A stretch of 41,591 nt of DNA from NCBI GenBank assembly GCA_000697335.1, contig JNEM01009963.1:1-41591 (forward strand), written 5' to 3'. This DNA is from Conidiobolus incongruus B7586 (lineage: Eukaryota). Under the pieces are notes generated by a model. That model saw only the letters and a list, made by a program, of their open reading frames with translations, was not told the origin of the DNA and did not search any database. The position numbers and the translations under genes are program-made. Positions 23,182-35,520 of this stretch are shown one piece after another (the stretch's first letter is position 1; each line of letters starts with the position of its first letter).

Positions 23182-24104
23182 TTTAAATTAATTGATTAAT
23201 AAAAATAAAGTAATGAATTTTAAATTTCATTCATTACGTATGCCGACCTTATATGAATTTGGATCACTGAAATTCAATTCAATTGTTATTATGGGATAAT
23301 ATATGAATTGGAATAGAGAATTCAATTTCATGATTTATTAATAATATGCAACTTATTTCAAAAAAAAATTACAGAATATTAAATAATATGTAATTTTAAA
23401 ATCATATTACTTATAAAGCTTTATAATCAAGTGGAGTTTAATTATAAGATATAGATTATTAGCTTATCATAGATTAATTTTAATAATACATTTTTAATAC
23501 TCTTAAAACTGAACGGGTTAATTAATAACTAAAAATAAATTAATAGTAAATAAACTTAAACAATGAAAACCAGAAAAAATTTAAATGATCATAACGAAAT
23601 ATATTAAAATTATAATTTCTATTATACTAAATATATATATATTATACAATTGTACTTATATTAATATTATATTCATAATTGAAACAATAATCTATGAATA
23701 AAGTAAAATTATAACAAATATATAATGAGTATAAAAATTCTATTCTGTTTTTCTTAGTTTATAGCTTTAAAAAAGAGTCAAACCCTCTGCGGTAGGCTGA
23801 TGGCAGAGAAGGGAAGTAAACAAACGATCAACATTTATAAGGGGTGAATATTGAATAGAGTACAAGTGTTTCTGGAATAATCAAATACAAAAGTCAAGAA
23901 TTACACCTGGGAAGGTTCGGTACAAGGTTAAAAAAGGGGGGCCAATAAGTCAGAACGATGTATCAATTATAAATGAATAAAGTTGGGTGAGAATAGTAGA
24001 TATTTAGTTTTTTCATAGTTCAAGTTTCAATATTTAAAAATGTATATATATAATAGGGAATAATGAATATTGTTAAAATAATGAACAGATTAATATTTCT
24101 GTTC

Positions 24105-24635
24105 CTATTCTTGAATTAATTTTACATAATTTTCAGGAATTAAACCCAATTTCTCATCGTTTAAATAGCCAACTAACCAACCTTCACACTGACGATACTG
24201 AATATAAAGTAAGTCATCTTTGCGAAAAGTTATTTCGGAAGGATTCTCAGCGTCAAAATCGTATAAAGCTCTAGCCATTCCATTAACGTAATTAGGGTCG
24301 TCACCCTCTTCTTCATCAGAATTAGTAGGTTGTCCCCAGTGACGAATGTCATTAGTAGGAAAACCAAAATCTCTGAATTTTACAGTTGAATTAGTCCAAA
24401 ATTCTAAAATAATAAAAGTTAACTTATGATAAAAATAAACTTGTAAGAATCTTTACCTTCACGGTACTTTTCCTTTAATATTAAATTATTAAAAAAGATA
24501 ATTAGTTAAGAAAAGAAATTAAAAGAATTAGAATAAACTTACAGTTTGAGTTTCTTTATCCAAAGAGTTATTATTAGTTACTCCATCATTAGATTGAGAT
24601 TGAATATTAGTAACTTTATCAACATTTCCATTCAT
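24105..24635 (-). CDS. NBP2: SH3 adaptor protein Nbp2/Skb5 (HOG/PAK pathway adaptor), 135 aa, 3 exons (24635-24543, 24472-24457, 24403-24105)
   Basis: Canonical SH3 ARALYDFDAENPSEITFRKDD...YRQCEGWLVG...GLIPENYV. It is preceded by VKFRDFGFPTNDIRHWG, resembling the Nbp2 N-terminal phosphatase-binding motif, and an acidic linker. Confidence 0.85.
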
Positions 24636-26693
24636 CTTGATGATATTGAGTATAAAATAGATAGATAGTTGATATTAAAAAGTTAATTAGTTATAAATTG
24701 ATTGAGTGTATGAATTGAAATAAAAATAAGAAATTACAATAATAATAATAAAAATAATAATAATAATAATAAAGTTATAAACAAATATAGTGTTTATAAA
24801 TTAGATTGAATTGACTTAGGGGAAAATTGAAACCAATCAAAATTTCTCATTATCATGAAATTTGAAACTCGCATTATTAGTTAAGAAACTTTCAAATTAA
24901 CCCATAATTAAATCACAAAACTATTTTTAGTTTTATAAGTTTATTAAAAAGGACTGGTAAATTGAATCACTTAATTTTTAATATTAAATTTTATTTGATC
25001 ATTCTTAAATTATGTCCTATATGTAGATTATTGAATAATATCAATGTCAGTGTTAATTTGATTTTTATTATATTAAATATAAAATAATCTTTCATTATTT
25101 GTTCATTCTTGAGAAATATATTTTTATTTTTTTGATACTAATTTTCAAACCAACAATATATACATTTTTATATCACATAATGATATTGAGTAAAAGTATC
25201 AGTATTAACTTTGATTTTTATTACTCAATAAATTAATAAACCAATGTTTTATTCATTATTTAATGAATTAATTCGAAAATATATGTTGAATAATAAATTA
25301 GCAAAACATCAAGTTTCAATGTCCCAACTAATACATCATTATATTTACTTATATAATATTTGTTATTGGTAAAAAATTAATGAAATTTATTTGCGTTGTA
25401 TGCTATTTAAATTTCGATATAAATAATATAATATTATAATATTATATCTGAAAAAAAATTCTGATTCAAACTATTATTAAATGATTCCACAATTAATTGA
25501 AGTTTATATGAAATTTCTAATAAATTGATATAAATGATATTTGACTTAATTTAGATTTATAAATTGTATAATATTTAGATAAAGTGTTAAAAACTAATAC
25601 TGGATACATTCAATTTATGAAATACTTATTTTATAACATACATCTGTCACAGTCATATATTAAATAAACATATCACATGGATTAAATTGTCATTTAGGAA
25701 AGTTGATAATAGTGATGAAAATTTATGATATTCTCATTTACATGATGGTTTGAGTTTGAAATGACATAATAATCATATTGATAGAGTATGATTTTAATCA
25801 GAAAATAGTTTTGATAAAAATTAATTATAAGATAAATTGAAGTCAATGTTAAAACAATTTTCAAAATTTTATTTCTTCAAAATATACGTATTTGGTTAAT
25901 ATTTATGATGATAAAAATTCTAAGAATTTTTTATTGGGTTATTAATATAATATAATATAATATAAGGGTAAATATCTAGTTGATATATTATTAAAAATAC
26001 GTTATATTGAAAATTAAATATATTTCAATTTATAACAATTTGCAACAAATTAAGACCAAAGTGAAGTATTCACAACTTAATTAATTTTTTATAGTGTTTA
26101 CTGTGGTCAGTCTGATAATAATTTCCATAATCATATCTTTGCTAATTATTAATAAATAAATTTCAAAATTCAAATTATATATAGTTCTGATTTAAATGAA
26201 TTAAAATTTGCAGACAATTTTATTGCAACTGTACAGTTTCAATCAAAATGATTGTAAAATATAAAACAAGATTTTTAAAATATACTGAAAACTTGAACTA
26301 GGAGAAGATTTTGAACAATATTATCATATTTACAGACCCTAGATTTTTTTAGCAAAAACTGGTTTGAATTTGAATACTTTTTTGATTTTGCAGTCTGTAA
26401 TTTAAGGTTATTAATCTAAAAATTCAAATATAATATTTTACGAATCAAATTTATTAAAGTGTTTACAATGTTTTAATTTTGAAACTTTAAATAATGACGA
26501 TTTAATTAATCAGCGAACAACTTGTTGATGTAAAGTAGACTTAATATATATAACAAAGAAAATCGTTAAAATTTATTATCAAAAAAGTAGTTCTTAGAAA
26601 ATGAATTTAGGCGAAAACTACAAACCAAAAATAATTATATAAATGATTGAATAAATTAGTTATAATACAAGTTTGTTTATTAGTCATAGCATA

Positions 26694-27590
26694 TCATTTT
26701 TTCATAGATTGAATGGTTCTTTGTTTGTGACTCAAATCATTCTGTAATCTTCGAATTTGATTTTCTAATTCTTGTATTTCATTGTAATTCATTTGATTTA
26801 TCGAGTCAATACTATAAGCGTTCTAAATAATATATTTATTAATTGAATAATATATGTGGTCAATGAACTTACTTGATCTGGCGTTTTATGATGACTTGCT
26901 GAAGTCTATAAAATATATAGTTAATATATTTTAAAATTTTATATAAATAAAAATATGTTACCAATTGATTCTTTTGTTCTTGTAACTGATTGACCTGCTG
27001 GACTCGTTGCTGAATTTCGATATCAAGCTTGTTACTCAATTCTTTCAATTGATTAACAGAGGTAGAAGGTTTGTGCTTTTTAGGAGAAGGCGTTAATAAT
27101 TTTTTAGAGCCTGAAGAAGATAAAGGATTCTAATAACTTCAATTAATATCATATAAACAAAATTTAAGGTAATAAATTTACTCTTAAATTTAATTTATCA
27201 TAAATACTATTAAAATAAATTTGATCTTCTTTAATAGATTGATTTAATTTTTTAACCATTGGTAAATATTTTAAACTTAAATTATTCCTGATACTTTCTA
27301 AATCATTAGAGGTTAATAATTCGTGAGTCTACATGGAATTAATATTAATATAAATATTAAAATAATTATTGAATATAATTAAAATTTACTTTTTCAACTC
27401 TACATAATTTATTGATTCTTTCAGATTCTAGTTGACTCATTTGCAACATTTCAATTGTTTTATCTACCTAGAAATTATTCAATTAATAAATTTGTTATTG
27501 ATAAATTAAAAATAATATTACATTAAAATTTATACTACTCAAGCTACTAATACATATTTTAGTATTTTCTTTAATAGATTCTTGACCCAT
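26694..27590 (-). CDS. SPC19: DASH/Dam1 kinetochore complex subunit Spc19-like, 207 aa, 6 exons (27590-27522, 27467-27390, 27328-27182, 27129-26962, 26905-26873, 26822-26694)
   Basis: Five GT..AG introns (50-61 nt) give an open frame. CISSLSS...RINKLCRVEKTHELLTSNDL...LPMVKKL aligns by eye to the Spc19 pattern CVxSL...RLxKVLxxxxxFELxxExDL...IxPxIxxL. Confidence 0.75.
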
Positions 27591-28169
27591 TTTTATTAAT
27601 ATGGTGATGTTTAGATATATTAAATATTTGCAGATTTATAAATTAAATCAAGTCGAATCACATAATTTATACATTTAATCCATCATATCCTTTTATGGGA
27701 TATATTATTAACTTTCTAACTTTTTTGTACATTTTATAAAGTATATCATGATGAAATACCAGTATGTAAATATTGATTAACCTAGATTAAATTACAATAT
27801 TAAGTACAATAAAGAAGGATTTGTCATAATAATTAGAAAAATATAAATTTATTCTTTAATAAATATGCATAAATTTTAGAAGTTAAAGTTAGTTGATATA
27901 GGTTCTTAATATATAAATGATTGAAATAAAGAGAAAAATAATCCATATTATGAAATTGTAATAAGCATAGTGATTAATTAAAAATAAAATAGAAATCCAG
28001 TAGAATTTAAAGGAAGATTTAATCGTATGAAAGTTTGATTATTCCAAACAATTACAAAGGAGTTTATGCAATAAACCCTTCACCAAGGAAGGGTGGAATT
28101 TGATAATACAATAGTTCAAATGAAAAAAATTGAGAATATGATTAAATATAAGCATTATACAAGTCATCT

Positions 28170-30034
28170 CTAATGCTGATAACCAGAGTTAGGATTCTGA
28201 GGGATCATACCATCATAACCATCTCTAGATCCGCGGTAACCACCACCATAAGCGCGTGAATTATGGTTTCTAGGATTGCGGAAAGCGTTTTGGTTACCAT
28301 TGTAGCCATAGTGACTAGGGTTAGGTTTGGGATGACCACCAGCGTTGGGAGGGGATTGGTTTTGGCTCCAGTTAGGGCGGTTGCGATATTTATCGGAGTT
28401 AGTACGGTATTGATTATTGGCACTAATATTGCCATTGGAGTCATAGTTATTATCATATTGATTATAATTGCGGTAATCTGTTTTACCAGCGTAATTAGCA
28501 TTGTTGTTGCGTCTATAATCACGATTTGGACGACGAGACCAGTTACGTTGACCATCATTGAAAGCGACATTATCTTGATCATTTTGAGGAGGGATATCAT
28601 TAGAGCGAGGATGTTGAGCGGAATAAGGATCTGTGGGGGGTTGATTCATGAGAACTGAAAGTGGGTTTTCAAAACCGGATTGAGATACTAATGGCACTTC
28701 ATTACCATTATCAGCGGATGGAAATTGTTGGTAAGGATCTTGTTTATAATTAGTTTGATCTTGGTATTGACCCCATTGGTCATTGTTATAGTTGACATCG
28801 TTAGTATATTGCTGAGGCTCAGGGAAAGCAGTGTGAGGCTGTTCTTGAGTTACTTGGGTTACTTGATTTTCTTGAGGAGCAGGCTGCTCGGGTTCTTCTA
28901 CTTGTTGGTTATTATCAAGAATTTCTGAAGCAGTCATAAAATTGAAGCCTCCAGGAGGGCGGGAAACTGTAGAGTAAACTTGAATCTCTTTTTCAACAGG
29001 TTGAGCAGGTTGTTGGGCAGGTTGTTGTTCAGTTTCAAACTGGTACTGATGTTCTTGATCACCATTTTCCTGAGGAGGTAAAGAATTTAATTCAGAGATT
29101 GAAGATACAACTTTATGAACTTGTTCATAGGTAACAGGGTATTCTTCAGAGATATTTTCAGTAGATTGGAGAGAGAGCTTTTGCAAGTGTTCAACAACAG
29201 CTTGACGTCCTTCAGGTCTTTGAAAGTCGCCAGATAGAACGACAGAGCGGAAAAGTTCTAATGATTGGTAATCATTGGGTGAGATAGGTAGGGATTTATT
29301 AAAGTAGGTGCTAAGAAGAGATGAAAAAAAGTTTAATGCTTGGAATAACTCAGGATTTTCGAAACTCTAAAATAAGAAATGAAATTAATCAATAAAATTA
29401 CATATTTGAATAATAGGAAATTACCTTATCATCGGTAATCTCATCTTTGTTGACAGTATCAGTTTCAGGTTGAGCATCATTTTGAGCTTCGGGTTCAGCT
29501 TGAGTCTCAACGGGCGCTTCTTCAAGCTTAGCTTGTTCAGGAGTGTCTTCTTTTTTAGGTTCTTCTTCTTCCTTTTCTTCAACTGGAGGCTAATAATAAA
29601 AATAGTTTAAAAATTTGAATGTCTTTTATTAATTTAAAATTATATACGTTTTTGCTAATTTGAACCAAATTATCAAAAATTTCAGTAAGTTCTTTCATAG
29701 AAACTAGAACTTCAGGCTTCTTGGCCAATACAGCCTTTTGTTCTTCGTTAATTTCATTGGGAGCTAAAGATTTTACTTTTTCTTCCATTTTTTCGATTTT
29801 TTGCTAAATATCAATTAGATTATTGATAATAATAAAGTATATAAAACTTACCATTCTCTTTCTTAAAGCTCTCAAACGTTTTGCTACATATTCGACATAG
29901 GGATTAAGACTTTTGGCCTCAGCCAAATCAATGGACAATTTGGGGATTGCAACTTCAGACTTTTTGTGATCTGGGGTAGTGACATGAGCTAAGGAAGTAG
30001 CTCTAGGCTTTTTAGTATTCTTTGAGTTGGCCAT
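28170..30034 (-). CDS. Caprin-like RNA-binding / stress-granule protein, 566 aa, 4 exons (30034-29852, 29803-29648, 29589-29425, 29366-28170)
   Basis: Caprin HR1-like N-terminus VAKRLRALRKRMQKIEKME...INEEQKAVLAKKPEV, a GGFNFMTASEI motif, and an N/Q/Y/G/R-rich low-complexity C-terminus with YGGGYRG. Confidence 0.75.
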
Positions 30035-31467
30035 AATATTTTAAAGATATTTTATTAGATATAAAAATGATATGGTTTTATGATTGACAACAGTCGAAAA
30101 TAGGTTGGTTAGATATTGTGGGGATTGAAATTGAAAAGGGTAAGGTTTAGGAATCAAATTTAAAGCGAATTTTTATGATTTGATAATTTATGGTTGCATC
30201 ATCAACATTTTTCATTTAAATAGCTCCAACTCAAAATTTGTAATTTGTACTACTTAACCAATTAGATCATTAAATGCATCATATTTTAAAATATGTTGAA
30301 TCGCATATATTAAATGTAAAGATTACAGTATTAGGATATCATTTATTACAGTCATTAGAGTTATATTTTTCAGATCCTGCCACTAGTCTATAAATTATGA
30401 TTTTCAAATGATTATATACAATTTTGCACTATATCAATTCTGAAGATGATAAAATGTTTGAAATATTATAATGAGAATATTACCTTTATTAAAAAATATA
30501 AAATCATAATTATATATTTATTTACATTAATTTAATTCATGGCAATTTCTTGTGTTCAAGAATATTCTACAACATACAATACAAGCCATAAAGTGTTACA
30601 AAATTTTAATTCATGTTAGTTTGCGATACATAAATATGTCAAAGGATATTTTAATATGAGTTATGTAATAAAACTATTTTTTCTCTTTATGAATTTATAA
30701 TATATTTCAACCTTGTCATATAATATATTTCATTATTTATTTAAATTACTGAATTGATTTGAAAAGTGAATATTAGTTCAATGAATTAGATATAATCAAG
30801 ATTATTTTCCATTTTTTTTCATAGGCGATATATTATTGATAATTTTATAATATTCAACCATATCTTATATGTACTTCAAGCAAACTTCTGTAAATATATT
30901 ATATGATGATATAATGATATATATACTATTTACTATGAATTTATTAAAGTTTAAATAGTAATATGGTATCGAATAATAATATGATTAAATTTTTAAATGA
31001 TATGTGTTTAACAATTAATTATATATGATATAATAAAAGATACATTGTTTGTTTTGAAAAATCCGCATGCTAATATTTAATAAGATTATCTACAAAAAAT
31101 TCAATGAAAGGGAATTTTCATTTTTGGTGTTAGGAATATAAAAATCGTATTTATTTTTTTTGTTGAAAAGGTGATTTGATTTAAAATACACTAGTCTGCT
31201 GAATATGGAAAATTTAAAACTTTACTAGATTTTTTATAAGTTGAATTATAATGTTCTATATATGTACATACACACATATATATTATTCTACAAGAGGACT
31301 TGTGTTTCGTATTAATATACATAGGGTAGAATTTGTATAATTTAATCAACTGGTTGAAGTATAGTTTTATTAATAATACAATCATAGATAATAATTCGGA
31401 TAAAACATTAGTTAAAATATCAATATAATAGATTCAATTAGTAGAAAATAGAATTAAATTGATAGAA

Positions 31468-32265
31468 TTATTTTCCAGGGGCTTCGCTCTCGGAAGATGA
31501 CTCCGATTTGGATTCATTTTCTGAATCTGATTCTTCCTCTGATTCATCATCCCTAAAAAGATATTATCAACAAAAATTAGGCAAGAATAATATTTAAATA
31601 GCTTACCATTTATTTATAAGTCGCTTAGCCGGGGTTTTAACAGGTTGAGAAATAGAAGGCTTATTTTTTAAGACTAAACATAAAGTTAGTAACAAGTAAG
31701 GGTATATAAATAAAATAAATATACCTGAAGCAACAGCAGATTTGACATCACTAACCACTTGTTTAGTTTGCTCAATATATTTGCCATCTTCAAATCGAAT
31801 CTTCTTAACCGGAGGAGGTTTCAAGCCTTTTTCAATTTTAGCTTTAATCTGTTCCTTCTTTTGTTTTTCTAATTCGATCTTCTGCTCTTGATATTCGGCT
31901 AATTTCTTGGCATCTTTAATGGTTTTCAATCTTCTTCCAGATAAATCTCTGCAACTGTCAAAGTTGGTAGTTTGCTGACTATTCATTTTTCCACCCTGGG
32001 ACCTTAACTGACTACCAAACCCTCCTTTGCCTCCCAAAGCTTTAAAGTTAACTTGAATAGTTTGTAAATCATTTTCAACGTGGATATCTTCGTCAATAAG
32101 ATGGGACGAGCTCAGGTAAAAAAGTTCCGAAGGACAATTTATCTTTTTAGAGATAATTTCTTGAATGGAGTTGACAGATATTCTTTTATTATTTGAACTG
32201 ACTGAAATAAAAAATGAATTAGAATTGGCATCAGGAATTTGAACTAGTAATTGATGATTTAACAT
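31468..32265 (-). CDS. SDE2: Sde2, ubiquitin-fold-activated splicing/silencing factor, 230 aa, 3 exons (32265-31725, 31673-31607, 31552-31468)
   Basis: Ubiquitin-like N-terminus ending LGG|KGGFGSQLR, followed by TNFDSCRDLSGRRL, and an acidic tail in exon 3. Introns are 51 and 54 nt. Confidence 0.92.
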
Positions 32266-32654
32266 TTTTATTATTGAATGTTGTTGTGTTATTTATATGG
32301 TATTAAAATGTTTTATATTGGTAATAATTTGGTTGAATTTAAATTTATTTCTAACAACCAAATTGAAAACTAAATTTGTATGAATAGTTTATATAATTTA
32401 TTCTATGGGATTAATCACGAGTGTAACAAGTGATAATTGATTTGAAAATTTATTAATCTAAATTTTATTATTATGATTATTAGGAATAAATCTCTGAAAA
32501 ATTTATATTAATCAAAAAAAGTAACATCACCTAGTTAAGATATTTGAAGAAATATTTATTTTAATATTGGTAAATATAAACATCACTTCCTATGAATTGA
32601 TATTTTTAACATTTATTATGATTAAATCTTATTTGTTCATAAAAATTTATATAA

Positions 32655-32998
32655 TGCTTCGGTTACATGAATGGTAGCCCGCCCGAATAACTTCATCTCG
32701 CGATCTATTGCCTTATAGTGACTTAACCCCAAAAGACCAATCACACCACTTCAAGCTCTGATTCTTCTGGCAACCCAATACACTTCTTTACACTACCTAC
32801 AGCCGACAATTGGTCTATAAAAGAACCATTGTCGGGATACAATATCACCATCACCTCCGGTCTTCTGTGAAGCTCATTAAACCTTTATCAAACCCCAATA
32901 AAACGCCCTAACCTAAACAACCAAACAGGCCTTAAACAAGCCTCTTCCTTATCTATTATTAACGTTCTATTAGCAATCGATAGAACCACAATACGATG
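32655..32998. other. GC-richer, hairpin-rich non-coding island: candidate ncRNA (minus strand favoured) or retroelement remnant
   Basis: Sharp compositional boundaries, stop codons in every frame read, and several stems (32718-32744, 32803-32835, 32927-32943, 32964-32986). Confidence 0.35.
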
Positions 32999-35199
32999 AA
33001 ATTTATTTATTATATGTATATTTATTTTTGAATTAGAGTTGATATTTAAGAAAATATAAATCATACCATTATATATATAATAATATATTGATAATTAGTT
33101 GCTGGATAAGCGTATGATTCAGCAGAATAACATCATATTAGTTTTTAATAGACAGCATACTTCTCGAAGAGATTATTATTGCTTTATCATTGTATTTGAA
33201 TCATAATAAATTAATATTTTTAATTGTCAAATTATTAGTATTAGAAAATTTAAGTTGATATCAAAGCAAATATCTGTAAAGGATAATTCAATACTAAATT
33301 GTCTTCATAGTTACAAATTAAATAATATTCAATTTTTAATCAATTAAAATTAAATTAGAAATTCATAGTATCAATTTACTAATGAATTCTTTATAATCCA
33401 ATTTTATTAAATTTATATTAAGTATAATGACTAAATTTTAATTTTTTTTTTGGAAATTTATTGAATAACCAACTAATAAATTAATATTATATATTTAATG
33501 AGACTATATCCAAAATAAAAATTTTTATTTGCTAAAATTTCGTATGTAAATTTTTAAACTCAATGGTATTTCTTTTATAATTGAATCAATTTTCAAAATT
33601 AATTGATTAGAATTTTAAAAAATAATTTAATTATATTTAACAGTTTTATAATTAATATAATTTGAAATATAATAATAAAATTTTCACATTAAACATGATT
33701 GAAAAATTATTAGTATAACGATTTTCTCTTATTTTAATTGTTAATGAATTATTTACATTTTTGTTTATGCAAATGTACCATAAATAAATTTTATACATTG
33801 TGAGTAAGTGGCATATTCAGTGGTTGTTTAGCCTTTTGATCAAGATTCACATTGCTTCAGTTATCCTATTATTAGATATAATCAATTATTTCTGCTATAA
33901 TTGGAACTTTAAAGAAACATAATTTAAAATTGGAAATATAATACTTCTATTTTTCAATTATTTTAAGAATTGAATAATATTTTGGTTTTTTCAGAAAGGT
34001 TTTTAAAACTTAATAATCTTTAGTATTAAAATACATATGATAAAGGATATTTCAGATTTTTTTGGATCGACCAATAGGGTAAATTATGGATATATCTTAA
34101 GAGTATTAGTCAAAATTGAGATATCAAAAAATTTTTCTGAAATTGTCAATATGTATATTCAACTAATAACGAGTCAGTTGAATACTCTATTCTCCAATCA
34201 AATATATACAAATTATTTGATAAACATTGTAAAATAACTTGAATGAACAATTTTATATTAAATCAGATTAATAGTCAAGTCATTTCTAACTTTAAATATA
34301 AAACACCTGATTGAATTAATAATAATAAATGCATGTTTAATTGATATTTTTCGACACGTGTATTGATATATTAATTTCTTAATATCATAATATCAACATG
34401 AAAACTGAATAACCAAAATTATTATTATATTTTAAGCTTACAAAAACAATAATTAGTCAATAAATTTAAGCTATAAAAAATCAATATTTGTAATTAATGT
34501 CAAGTAATTCACTATATAATAAAGTTACTGATAACAAAATTTGAAAAATATCAGTATTTAACAAATTTCATAATATTAAATATGTAAAAGCTAGTTGAAT
34601 AATTCATAATTAACACAACTCAACTTTTGACAAAAAATATAGCTAATTCTCTATCTATATATACTCTCCACTTAAATTATAAAAATAAGATATTTTACCC
34701 AAGTTTAATTAGTTTACATTAAAAATTTTAAATTCAAATAAATTAAAAAATTAATATGACCATAATGAAATGTTTATCAATAAACTGATTATAAACTACT
34801 TTTAATTTGATATTTAATAAAAGAATTTCATTTAACTTTTTAAATACTAATATATATTTATATTATTTTAAATTGAAAGAAATCGGATGAATAATAATAA
34901 AATCAGTGATATCGATTATGACGTAGATATACTAATCAACAAACGCTAATTATACTTTGAAAAAAATCAACCAATTCAAAATCTGTGGTAAATATCAAAT
35001 AATCATGAAAACTCTTACAAATATTAGTAAATAAATTTCTCATCATTAAAGTCATTAATAATTAATCTTTTGATTTTTATCAAATAGATCACTAAATAAC
35101 TATAAATTTATTTTTAATTCATTATTCTAATTAGAGAAATATTTTATATTGTATTAATATTCAATTACCTATAATAAAATCCAATATTGATCAAATTTG

Positions 35200-35520
35200 A
35201 TCATCCTTGACTAAGTCCCGTATGGAGTCCAGAGATCCCAAGGAGGTAAGCCTCAATACCAATCCTGGGAGAAACTATTAGATAGGGAACAAGTATATTC
35301 CTAGTAGGATTGATATCTTGATCGAACTTTATATGATATTGTGAACACTTGAAAGATTTGCTTGATCCAAGTTAAATATGTAATTATCCATAATTTCCCT
35401 TTGTTTTATATGTGTGATGCTTGTCATAAATGATTATTTTGTACCAAGGGTATTCTCTTGTTTTTCTAATGAAGCTTACTTGAACCTATAGTGAGACCAT
35501 ATTAACATTGTTTTTACACT
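35200..35520 (+). ncRNA. Candidate snR30/U17-like box H/ACA snoRNA
   Basis: GC-rich 5' stems, H-box-like AAACTA (35272), exact m1 ATATTCCTA (35295-35303), m2 variant AGACCAT (35494-35500), then ACA. Spacing is atypical. Confidence 0.3.

Noticed and set aside
28205..28928. 131-aa and 67-aa overlapping ORFs inside the Caprin-like gene
   Set aside because: Frame and antisense shadows of an Asn/Gln-rich low-complexity exon.
32700..32760. Resemblance of minus-strand GGGTTAAGTC to SSU rRNA, and of GCCTTAAAC (near 32929) to U12 snRNA
   Set aside because: The matches are only 9-10 nt and the adjoining conserved sequence is absent.
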